The notes below the pieces were generated by a model. It did not search any database. It was not told the origin of the DNA and saw only the letters and a program-made list of their open reading frames with translations. A stretch of 55,416 bases of DNA, the filler included, from Dimargaris cristalligena (Eukaryota): the NCBI GenBank assembly GCA_003614675.1. It is 3 parts of 3 records of this genome, joined end to end, with 100 filler letters (N's around TTAATTAATTAA, not from the genome) between each part and the next. Parts side by side here need not be neighbours in the genome. Positions count along the whole stretch, not along the records: positions 1 to 18,428 come from ML002766.1; positions 18,529 to 36,931 come from ML002767.1; 1 more part is not named here. One strand, written 5' to 3'. Shown one piece after another: positions 13,181 through 23,722 of this stretch (positions within the stretch are counted from its first letter, which is position 1; every line of letters starts with the position of its first letter). The position numbers and the translations under genes are program-made.

Positions 13181-13669
13181 AATCTGCCAAGTCTGATATT
13201 TAATTCGGATTACCATTTTCTCGGTGACCCGTTTGTCTTTGGATTACCACAATATCAGCAACCTTTTCATACATAGCATCGTTATGTATTATGGATTTAA
13301 ATGTTCGATATCGTGTAACAGTATCCTGGATATTCATTATCAGGTCTGCTATTTTTTAGACACTGATATCATGGGTAGTAATATAGAGTGTAATAAACGC
13401 AGTTAACGAGCAAACTACAGATCCGTGAAATCGAATCATGGGAAATAAACATAGATGAATGAAAGCATCCTGTAAATTTTCATGGAATTGTTCTGAAAGA
13501 AGTCATAAATCCAAGTCTGCAAAACACATATACACTGTTATGGTCATGTTTAGTCATATATTTCTGGATATAATCCTACTAAAAGATAATTAAATCAACT
13601 TTGATCCAGTAATGCATGCCCAAGGAGGGCTGAATTTTCTTATGTATTTTCTTAAAGAGATACCGGTCG

Positions 13670-14130
13670 ATTATTATTTTTTGGTAATATACCTTACACC
13701 ATTATATTTAAAACAGTTCCAAATTATAATGTTTCTACCCCCTGGATGGGCCTGTTTTATTATTATAATATAATTAGACCCTCTCAGAATCACATTTCCA
13801 TATAAAGTAGCGGCCATTTGGCCTGTAATAGTTATTAATAGTCTTATATAACTACACAACATACTTCCAATTATCCAGAGCCCAGTCTTTGTGGGCAATT
13901 GGCCAGGCAAAATACTTACACACGTTCTTGATAGTAAACAATTGCTTCTTGCACTCAATACTCATACCTAATCCCTTTGTATGGAGAGTATTGTGTGCCA
14001 TACCGGTTAGTACAGATACCCCAAGCACCTCTATGATTAAATTGGGGATATCTAGTGAAGTTATCTTCCTTCTAGCCATGAGTTCATTAATATAATACAG
14101 ACTGGTAAAGTTAGTAAATTTGGATTACTA
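13670..14130 (-). mobile_element. Degenerate Tc1/mariner transposase relic (HTH plus start of the DDE domain)
   Basis: Minus-strand translation 'LGVSVLTGMAHNTLHTKGL...KKQLFTIKN...AHKDWALDNWKYVV*LYKT' resembles the Tc1 motif 'AHKDWxxxDWKxVVWSDET'. After a frameshift, 'HPGGRNIIIWNCFKYNGVRYI' resembles 'HGGGSIMVWGCFxYNGVG'. Contains stops and frameshifts. Confidence 0.8.
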
Positions 14131-16130
14131 CTCTTATATTGTGATAAAATGGCCCGGAGGTGGCCTAAATGCTCCCCATCAGTAGCATACTATATTATAG
14201 CACAACTTATAATACGCTCGTTAGTAATTTTTTACTTATTAGTAATAAAATTGAAGTACTGGGTGATATTACACCTATTGGCCTTGTGGATGGGATTTCT
14301 GATGCGTAAGTTGGGTAGTTCTTAGACAGGAAGGAATAAAAGAGGATGTAAATTGGAGAGGAAGGCTATAAATATCAATCACACTTTTTATTACTGATAT
14401 ATAAGGCCAAATAACACATTTTTTTTGAACAAGTTCAAAAATTGTATCAATGTACTAGTCATTTTAGAACAGCCATGTCTTGTCATTAAATAAAAAATAC
14501 GAGTCTATCGTTTAATTCATACTAACTAGAAAGGAAGGGTTCTCGTCTGGTTGTAACCATTTATTTATACCTTTATTAGAGCCTAAGTAATCCCTTTCTA
14601 AATCCAAAAGTGAAAAACATTGGTACACTTTTTGGAGCCACTGTAGTTGATATAGGTAAAATGTAGCTCAGCTAATTCATATTAATAAAAAATTGATATT
14701 TATACGGGGAAAAGCTAGACGTGTCTAGTTGTCATGTAATGCCTATCTAAACAAATGGATTTTTCTCTATCAATTATAGTCGAATCTCTCCCGTAGGAAT
14801 ACTAATTTGAATTGAGATTATTTTTCTTATAGGCGGCCACACTGTAGCCAATGGATTTGCACTGCAGTTGACACCCGGGCTTGATTTATTGGACTTTGTG
14901 GGAAAGCTATTACCTCCCTAGCAGTGTTGCCCAAAGATGTGGAAGGCAGCTCCTTGGTGACAACCGATTGGATGGTTGCCAAGTTGGAGGGGTCAATTTC
15001 AGGGGTAGATGTAATCATTATATCAGATTATCAACCACACACAATCAGAATATCACCAGTTCAGATTAAATATTTGAAAATTACTGTTTATTGTAAAAAA
15101 TGGGTAATGCAATTGGCAATAGTTAGTGGCAGATGAGAAGAGGAAAGTGCAAACACAAAAGGTAATAGTTACAACTTAGGAATAGGAGGTGGCATGCTCC
15201 AAGAGAGGAGATTCCATTGGCCACTTCATTACATTTGTGATATGGGGATTTAGGCCATTATACACCAGTATGATGTGGTTAGATGCAAAGAAGGTTGGGA
15301 GGTAAGGGAAAAAATATTGAACCTATAAATTCCAAGTAGGAAATTTAGATCCACAGTAATTATTAGGACAGTGTCCCTAATGTAAGGCTATCACAGGTAT
15401 TCCTTATTTGGGGTGAACTGTTCAAGGGGGTAGTCTCTACCTGCCATTTTGCCTACATGGTGGGATATGGCGGAATACAGTTGGGAGTGGAGCAGTTGCT
15501 GAATACAGCACTTTCTTTCTGCTTATTACTAAGGATGTCATGCCACCCACAGTTGGAGATAAAAGTTGATATGTTGGGCAACACAAGAGTTTTGTTTTAT
15601 GGCTAATTATTTTGTGTAGCCTAAATGCATTCACCATCTGATGGGAAAGATACAAATAAAGAAACATAGAATTGTAGAAACTATTGTTAGGAGCAATTAT
15701 ATAACTGTATTAATGGCAAGCATATTAGTGGTATAGCCATATAGGTAGCACATATCTATGGAGAAACACAAAGGCATGAGGCTAGGTCCATTTACATTGA
15801 TGCAAGGAATCACCACTTCATTGCTATCCTAATTAATAATTCCGCATTTTCAGAGCAGGTCTCAGGCATCCAAATGCCAGAATTCCAGCTAAATAAGAAA
15901 ATCTGGTGCAGTATATAAAAGGATGGCAGCCCCATTAGTTGGGAAAAACAAAAAAATATTATATTATATAAATATAACCTACCTTTTCGAAAGCCCACTT
16001 GATGGGCTTGATAATGGGAGCAATTGCATTGGCCATAGGATAGTCCCTACTAGGCCACTCCTTGCTCTTTGAAAATATATTTTTTATTATGGCTATGCTC
16101 ACATTGAATGCCTGGACTGATAATATTAAT

Positions 16131-16430
16131 GAAATCCAAACAGGGGGAACAGGGCTCGGGTTTTATACTGCTGGGGGACACAGCACCTAGCCCATGGAAG
16201 TAGGTGCTCATTATGAGGAATCAGGGATACCAACACCAAATCACATAATAAAGCCCAACCCAAAACCCCCTCCACAGATACTATGGTGGACAATTCAATT
16301 GAAATGATGAAGCCACTGCCATTGCAGCTGACTTGGCCCCTATGGAAAACAACCATTTTACTCCCTGGTGGCCATTGTTGTCCATGGCTATGCTTCAGAG
16401 ATCAAGGCTCCCTTACTGCCAAATACTATA
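16131..16430 (+). repeat. Diverged ~300-bp repeat, copy A (inverted relative to copy B at 18010-18305)
   Basis: Reverse complement contains GAGCACCTACTTCCATGGGCTAGGTGCTGTGTCCCCCAGCAGTATAAAACCCGAG versus copy B GAGCACCCACTTCCATGGACTAGGTGTTGTGTCCCCCATCAGTATAAAACCTGAG. Other shared blocks include GAATTGTCCACCATAGTAT and CAGTAAGGGAGC. Confidence 0.8.
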
Positions 16431-16843
16431 GAACAGTGGTATTACTAAGTTCAGTTTAGTTCAGCCCCTAAATAATAATAGCATAATTAATTCATGTTTA
16501 GTCAGGACATTTTCACCCTTCTAATTAAACTGAAATATAAAGACTGCAGGCCTAGTTCTATTTCAAGTAACAATGTCAACAACCCCCTAATTCCTAGAAA
16601 ACAGTGGGTCATTTACAAATGAAAGAATCCCCCACCCACTTGTTAATATACCTATTGTCCTGTGAAGTACCTTGCCCATCCCTGCAATAATCAAGAACAG
16701 CACTACCCCCCCCCCCTCCTTGATACCTTTGACTAGTATAATACAAGATACCATAGTATCCATCCTCTCCCCTGCCTGACACTCCCTTATATTTCTGCAC
16801 ATATCCCCTTTTCCTTCCTTGCATTTTCCCCTTTATACATATC

Positions 16844-16987
16844 ACATGGGAGAAGTTCATCTAAGTTGTATAATGACAAATCCATTTGATAAGGCCAATA
16901 TTACTAGTTAAAAATAAAGTTCCCATATATTCTCCCATGCACATATAATGCAAACCCTTATATAGCTGGGCAGAATTTCACCAATAT
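16844..16987 (+). mobile_element. MITE family copy 2 (full length, diverged)
   Basis: ACATGGGAGAAGTTCATCTAAGTTGTATAA...TATATAGCTGGGCAGAATTTCACCAATAT aligns end to end with 22870-23012. Confidence 0.75.
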
Positions 16988-18009
16988 ATATATACCGGTA
17001 AAACCACACAAAAGGGGATAACGTAGTTGGAGGTCAGCAGGTACCTCTAGATGCTTAATCTTATAGCATACTACTGCAGACTATGTATATTTTAAGCAAT
17101 TCAAATGGATGTATGCATCTTACATTTAATTCACTAACTTAGTTGGATTATATATGCAGAATTCAACAACAAGCAGAATCTGAATGAGAACTCTAAAAGC
17201 TATAGGGACCCAGAATGACAACCAAATTGATTCAAATTGCCATTACATACAACTCCATATCACGTAATTCCAAGGCATAGTTTTGGGGATAATTGTTGAA
17301 TTATTCGGAAGTAAATACTGAATCCATAGGACTAGGCACCCTTTGCACATACTACTTTCACGCAGTATAGGGTGCCTGTCTATAAATGGAAGGAGTGGGA
17401 TAGCCATTAATATTCACAATGACTATTTAATAAAAACCATCGCTGAAAGCAGCTAATCCCCCTATGATATATTTTGAATACCAGCGGTGGCAATAAATCC
17501 TGCTGAATGGGACATCCCATGACTATATCTTGAAGGAATTTTGACAATACTATTGTAGCCATTCATTTGACCGGGATTTAGGGGAAGGAGGGCATAGGTA
17601 ATACATGTATAGGAAATAATAATATAATGAAATCTGGGATACAAAGGAATAAAAGGCCATGTTAGGAATAGGGAGGGCACAATTATTGTGCTTATTGTTT
17701 TAGGCCTGTTGAAGGCATTACGGAGATAGTAGTGATGTCCTTGACTACTGCAGGGATGGGCGAGACACTGTACAGGGAAATGAGTGCATCTACAAATGGG
17801 CCAAGGTTGCCATTGTGTGTGAAAGACCCGCCGCCTCATGGGAACATATGTGTACTGAACATTGTGACTTGTAAAAGCACTAGGCCTGTGACCTTCATAA
17901 TTGGGCTTAGTCTGAAGGATTAGCACAATACCAGACCCAAATATGAATAAGCCGAACTATTGCTATTTAACATTCGAAATATACTGAATGTATCCATACT
18001 GCTATTTTA

Positions 18010-18305
18010 TTATATTAGACAGTAAGGGAGCATTAATGGCTGAAGCATAACTACAGCCAACAATAGCCACCAGGGAATAAAACAGCTGTCTTCCTTAGGG
18101 CCCCTGTCAGTTACAATGGCCATGGCTTCATTTGATTGGAATTGTCCACCATAGTATATCCAGTGAAAAATTTCAGTTGGACTTCATTGTTTGACTTGAT
18201 ACTGGTATATACTATTTCCTAATAGGAGCACCCACTTCCATGGACTAGGTGTTGTGTCCCCCATCAGTATAAAACCTGAGTTCTGCCTCTCCAGTTTGGA
18301 TTTTC
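18010..18305 (-). repeat. Diverged ~300-bp repeat, copy B (inverted relative to copy A)
   Basis: Colinear with the reverse complement of 16131-16430, with one in-frame 3-nt indel. Confidence 0.8.
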
Positions 18306-18428
18306 TATAATGTATTATTAAGGACATGATTTTTAAAGCTATGGTGACAATTAGGATAAAATTTAAAGACGGCGGGGATCGGCCCAGTAGGGATTACCCT
18401 ACAACCAATCCCATTGTGCTGATTATCA

Positions 18429-18528
18429 NNNNNNNNNNNNNNNNNNNNNNNNNNNNNNNNNNNNNNNNNNNNTTAATTAATTAANNNNNNNNNNNNNNNN
18501 NNNNNNNNNNNNNNNNNNNNNNNNNNNN
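18429..18528. other. Artificial contig spacer N44-TTAATTAATTAA-N44
   Basis: Exactly 44 N, a palindromic 12-mer with stop codons in all six frames, then 44 N. Identical to the spacer at 36932-37031. Confidence 0.97.
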
Positions 18529-18670
18529 ATCTCTTTTTTCATTCTTCTGAACTGTACCGGCAGTTTTGCCTACAGTTATCTTGAGTCCGATTTTACTATA
18601 TCTTTTGACAATAAGGCATTCTCACCTATTATTATATTAGTCACTCTGCCACACCACAACAAAACCTCGA

Positions 18671-18753
18671 GCTAATTTGGCCGAGTTGGTCTAAGGCGCC
18701 GCACTCAAGTTGCGGTCTCGAAAGAGGCGTGAGTTCGAATCTCACAGTTAGCA
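18671..18753 (+). tRNA. tRNA-Leu(CAA), intronless
   Basis: Acceptor stem GCTAATT/AGTTAGC plus discriminator A. D arm TGGCCGAGTTGGTCTAAGGC. Anticodon arm CCGCA-CTCAAGT-TGCGG. Long variable arm TCTC-GAAA-GAGG. T arm GTGAG-TTCGAAT-CTCAC. TTTT Pol III terminator at about 18759. Confidence 0.97.
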
Positions 18754-20012
18754 TTATCTTTTGCAATTTGTTTGCCCATCCCCGACTAGTAGGTGAATCC
18801 CCTTTTTTTATTGTACAAAGTTCATCCAATACTTTTTATATATGGGATTGGTACCTAATGTCATTGGCAAATTTATAAGTTAATTTTTGAATTAAATATA
18901 TCCAACGTGTGAAGTACTCGAGAATAGTCAGGAAAGCTCGTCCCTAACATAGGTTTATGCACTAGTTATCTGTTTTTTTATTTTTCATCTCATAGAATGT
19001 CCTATCGTGTCACAGAATTGAATGCCTGTGGGAACATGGCGAAAATCTATTGACAACATACCCCTATCGGGTATCCAGCACAGCTTGATGGCTTGTCTCC
19101 CACCTCTATTTTCGGTTCATCTAGCACCTGATGCTCCAAGTATTACCGCGCGGAACAGCCGATGGTCGGCTAATTCTACCACCTTTGTTACACAGAGTCT
19201 GATCGATGACAGGCTAGTTACCGGCTTTTTGCTATCACCAACTCCAATCATTAGGAAGCAATTAACCTAAAATAGGCCGTACATGTGTCAAAGTGTTATC
19301 CGAAGCTATATATCACCGCCGCGTCTGGCTATCCAATGTACCTGATCCTGCCACGAGATAGTATCATACCATTTGTATGCATAGTTCTTAAACACATCCG
19401 TATATTCCAGTGGCCAATCTTGGATATGGGTTATGTCATCAATTGACTGACTCTATTTATGGGGACTGTTCCTCTTGCTATTCCTGATTTGGTTTCCCAA
19501 AATATATTACACACGCGTAATCCCAAGGTAAAACTAATACAAGGGGTTCTATGATGGTAGGATGAAAGCGCCGATGTGGATGTTACACTACAGCTATTGC
19601 TTAACGTAGGACTTGGGCCTGGCAAAGGGGGATCATCCCACCTCTTTTGCTACTTTGCCCTAACTAGATGCCTCCGTGATACCATTACAATTGAAACAAT
19701 TGGCGCCTAACCCCCGCCCCCCAAAATGATACAACAACAACTATGCACCACTTAGGGCATGCCCCAACCGAGGGCATTGCCTAAGCTCTTGGACTTATTT
19801 ATTGGTTAGATTCTGATGGTCGGAAACATAAAAAGGGTCCGTCAGGCCCCTGAACGGTAATAGTTAGGCCATTTTGTTGGAAACCATTTACCCTGACCTG
19901 GTATGTATATATTTGATTTACCTTTGCTTTTAGTTATCTTTCACCGTTGTGTGTACTATTATTTATCCATCGGACTTTACGCTATAATCCTGATATCCCC
20001 TTTTAATCCACC

Positions 20013-21696
20013 ATGTATATTCGGGTCTTTTCAATTTTCTCGTATACGGCTGTGTTAGTTACGACTTTAAATGCAGCCATTATATCGATCGAACAGTTGT
20101 CTGGATTCATCTCCAAGCTGCCCTCTGAATTGCAAAACGAAGTTGCTAACCAATTACCCCTAGGCGATTTTGCCCGTCGTGTACATTTTTTTCAGCATGA
20201 TCCGGTCCTAAATTACTCCAACCTGAATAATCGGGTAAGTTTACCTTCGGAAAAGACATTCTCTAATCATTACTTTTTAGCAGGAGATTTGTAATCTCGA
20301 TAATGGTTGTTTTATACCAGTCTAGTGGCGATTAATTTTCCATAAGGGGGCCGCTAAAGCCCCAATCGGTTTCCACAAGTCGGCTATGCGCCCATAACGG
20401 CCTGTTGCAGCTATAGAATATAATTAACCCATCACACTATCCTTGTGGCTGTGCTTTTATTCCCCCATCTTCCACTTCCACCAGATAAACAAATTTTTGA
20501 ACAACGCAATCCGGGATTTTGAATTGGTGTCTAATAACCCCGATAAAAACCCCAAAGTAGAAACCCGCATCCAGAACTTCAAGAAAGAGTTTTATAATCT
20601 CTCCCAATTAGAGTCATGGTCCGCGTTTATGAGCAACTTTCTGGACATCTATAAAGACTGGCAGCCGATTGACCTTTCCGATCAAGAGGCCCGACTGGGA
20701 ATCGTACTTCCTTGGTTACAGTGGCGGGTTGCTTTTCTGGATTTTGTACGCACCAGCCAGACCAACCCCCTTTTGGAAGAAACCAACTGGCGTATCGTCA
20801 ATCTTGAGACTTTCTCTTCGTACGAACTGGCCCTGAATTTTCCCCTGGCTAGTTACGCCAATGCCAAAACGCTAGGCGCCTTGGATCGTATTTACCGAAT
20901 AATATCGGTGAATTCCAAGTTTGAGGCCGATTCGTCGGAAGTCATTGAGTCGCATTTCGGTGTCCAACTACCGGCCATTCAGCTGACCGATGAGTTGTCC
21001 CGGAGTGCTCCGTCATTTCAAACGACTATTGAATTGACGCTAGTACTCGCCGTTTGGCGGCTCTATAGACGGGGTGACACTGGTCAAGTGGAAAAATTTA
21101 TCGACACCATCTGGCAACGGGCTACCGTCCTCGAGAATGGCCACCGGGGGATTAGTCCCCTGGGTGGAAGTACCGTCTTCCTCCTGGTACTGCTGGCGGC
21201 CCTTTACCAAGACCATGTCATGTTGCATCTACTGAGTCCCAAACTTCTTACGATGGAAATCTATACCGCGAATTTCCGCACCACTCGGAGCGCCACCGTT
21301 CGCCTGAAATGGTTTGTGCAGTGTCTCGACGGCTGGGGCTTACCCACCACCGCCGCCGATTTTCTGCGAAATTCCGGGCTGCCTTTTGATCGTCAGTCTA
21401 TGGTCCCGGACTTCTGTATCCTGTCCGATTATATTGGCTGTCCCTGGCTCGGCTTGTCTCCCGAGGGAGGGTTCGGGATCGTGGTACCGCTTAATTTACT
21501 GGAGTCCAAGTCGGACGTGATCCAGTTTTTACCCGACCATTTACAAGAAATACACACTTCATTTATGCCCATTGATGACGCCAAACTATGCATCTATCGG
21601 GAATCCCATCCTATTATTGGGACCATATGGTCCACGATTAAACAAGCCCAAATGTTGATACAGGGGTTACGGACACTGGCTACCTACACGCACTAA
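20013..21696 (+). CDS. Predicted secreted protein (477 aa) with N-terminal F-box-like motif; exons 20013-20234 and 20485-21696
   Basis: Signal-peptide-like 'MYIRVFSIFSYTAVLVTTLNA', then 'ISKLPSELQNEVANQLPLGDFARR'. A phase-0 intron (GTAAGT at 20235 to CCAG at 20484) joins it in frame to the 417-aa ORF. I recognise no family in the helical-looking remainder. Confidence 0.75.
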
Positions 21697-22869
21697 CCTG
21701 ATGTATATTACATTATACTTAGAACTATTGGTAAATGCTAGTTAGACCACCTATATATGTAGTGCCATGAGGACGTCGGCGATCAGCCTTCAGAATCCGG
21801 CTATCAATCCATTATGCGACTACCTTGGCATTGCGAATTATTATCGATTATTCCAATTTTTGCAACAAATTTGAACTGATTTCGAATTTTGTGTGAACAT
21901 CTCCACTCCTTCGGGAAGTTAAAGTCCAACTAGTGATTTCGATTCTAAGATATTGACTATATACTATACCAACTGAGTGGCGAATATTTGAAATGTGTAA
22001 TAGAATTTGGCATATTTATAACGATTGCTTCACGACCTTGGTTCGGGGTGCCCTCCCCCACCCTGGAAACCAATTACAATTCGTTCATTCCTACTTTCGA
22101 TTCAAATTGACCCGACTAAAATAATTATTCTTAATAAACCTTTTCTTTTAAAAATCATTATTCCTCTATATTTTGATAAATCGACCGCCTTGATCAATAT
22201 GACCCACCCCAACCCTACTTCCTCCTCTGCAGCCAATGTGCCCCTTACTATCGGCCAGGAGCCACCCCCTTCGACGCCAATACACCGTCTACAAGAGCCT
22301 GGGGACGCCCGGCCGCATTCCCAAGCCTACCTCTGACTGGACGAACCCTGACAACTATACAATAGTAGCTATGGCGGAAGCAACGCTCATTTTAATAGTC
22401 ACCTATATGACTTATACCCCATTCTTTAACATCAATAAATATCAACGGGTCATCCGAATTCTAATTTCTGATGGCCCCTAGTGCAGTAGAAATTGCAATT
22501 ATCGGACTGATAGGTTGCGGCTTAACGTTTTACGACCCAGTACCTAGTGTTGAGAGGTCAATGGATCATCACCGATTGTAGGCCACGCCTACATCTATAC
22601 TAATAAGCCTCAAACTACCAGTCCAGACTTACCATAATCAGAAGAACCCACATTTTTACCTTTAACATGACATGAGAATACATCGTCTTGGGTTTCCGCA
22701 TTACAAGAGGGCCTCTCGTTTCCCGATTTTAGTGAACAACCCTTTATACCGACGGTAAAACAACTGCCATTATAACCTAATATAGGGATTTGGTACACTC
22801 CCTTTTGTAGGCTTTTTTACCCCTCGCCAACCATTTTATATCAGGAAATTTTATAAAAGTATGTAAGGA

Positions 22870-23012
22870 ATATGGGAGAGGTTCAACTGAGTTGCATAAC
22901 GAATAATCCATTAGATGGAGCAAATATTATTGGTTAAAAATAATATCCCATATATTTTCCCATTCACATATCATTGATAACCCTATACAGCTGGACCGAA
23001 CTTCACCCATAT
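22870..23012 (+). mobile_element. MITE family copy 3 (full length, ~143 bp, imperfect ~29-bp TIRs)
   Basis: Left end ATATGGGAGAGGTTCAACTGAGTTGCATA versus reverse complement of right end ATATGGGTGAAGTTCGGTCCAGCTGTATA. No ORF. Three other copies in the window. Confidence 0.8.
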
Positions 23013-23530
23013 ATAGTTAAATGAGAAAACGATTCGACATGCCCTTGGCAGGATAACACAAAGAGAACCAAAGTATGCCGTATAAAATCTATAATAAAGA
23101 GCGATGGTATTGATGGATTAGCAGTAGAAGGCAGGGAAGCAAAATGGTTTAAACACCTACCTGTAAGGCCAGAGTTGTGCAGCCGTAGTAGGGATAGCAA
23201 CACGAGTCCAGTCGTCCGGGTGCTAAACAAACCCTGCTATTTTAATCGCAGAGGGTATAGTTGCTAATAAGGGTCCCTGTATTAAATGGGAACATTTTAA
23301 ATCCCTCAGACAGATTAGGATATTGCAGCAGGGCACCTCCGAGAAAGATATGTACCGAAGGGCTCACAGAGATTATCATGGCTGGTTCAATTTACGAAGA
23401 ATAGAGGGGGGCTTAAGATACAGACAGAATAAAATAAACAAATTGGTATCAGTAGAGGTGGGATTGTACTCTGGAAGATACAAAAAGGGCGGCCAAGAAA
23501 GTGTCCATGCCACAGTGATAAAAGTAATAA

Positions 23531-23722
23531 TCATTGAGAGATTAATATTTCAATAGTGTAGTTGAAGGAACCATGGAATTTAGCAGGACACATACACCAC
23601 CTTGGTATGGTGTCAAAGATAAATTCATTAGTTGCAGGGGTTATGGGTACTACTGATAGAACAAGTGTACTGAGTATACACATCTTAATGAGGCTGTCAA
23701 CAGTCAGGAGGACTGTGACCAT
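23531..23722 (-). mobile_element. Possible decayed LTR-retrotransposon integrase fragment
   Basis: 'VLLTVDSLIKMCIL...FIFDTIPRWCMCPAKF' weakly resembles the Ty3/Gypsy integrase 'ILVVVDRLTKMAHF...FFDNIVRLHGLPKSI'. The region is CpG-poor. Confidence 0.3.

Noticed and set aside
18473..18484. Perfect palindrome TTAATTAATTAA, also at 36976-36987
   Set aside because: It is embedded in symmetric N44 runs and is a synthetic six-frame-stop contig linker, not biology. Gene neighbourhoods across it should not be interpreted.
22199..22336. Short GC-rich ORF (MTHPNPTSSS...) after a TTCGAA/TTTGAA-rich stretch
   Set aside because: Only 45 aa, with no recognisable motif or splice partner. It may be a gene fragment but I cannot support a call.
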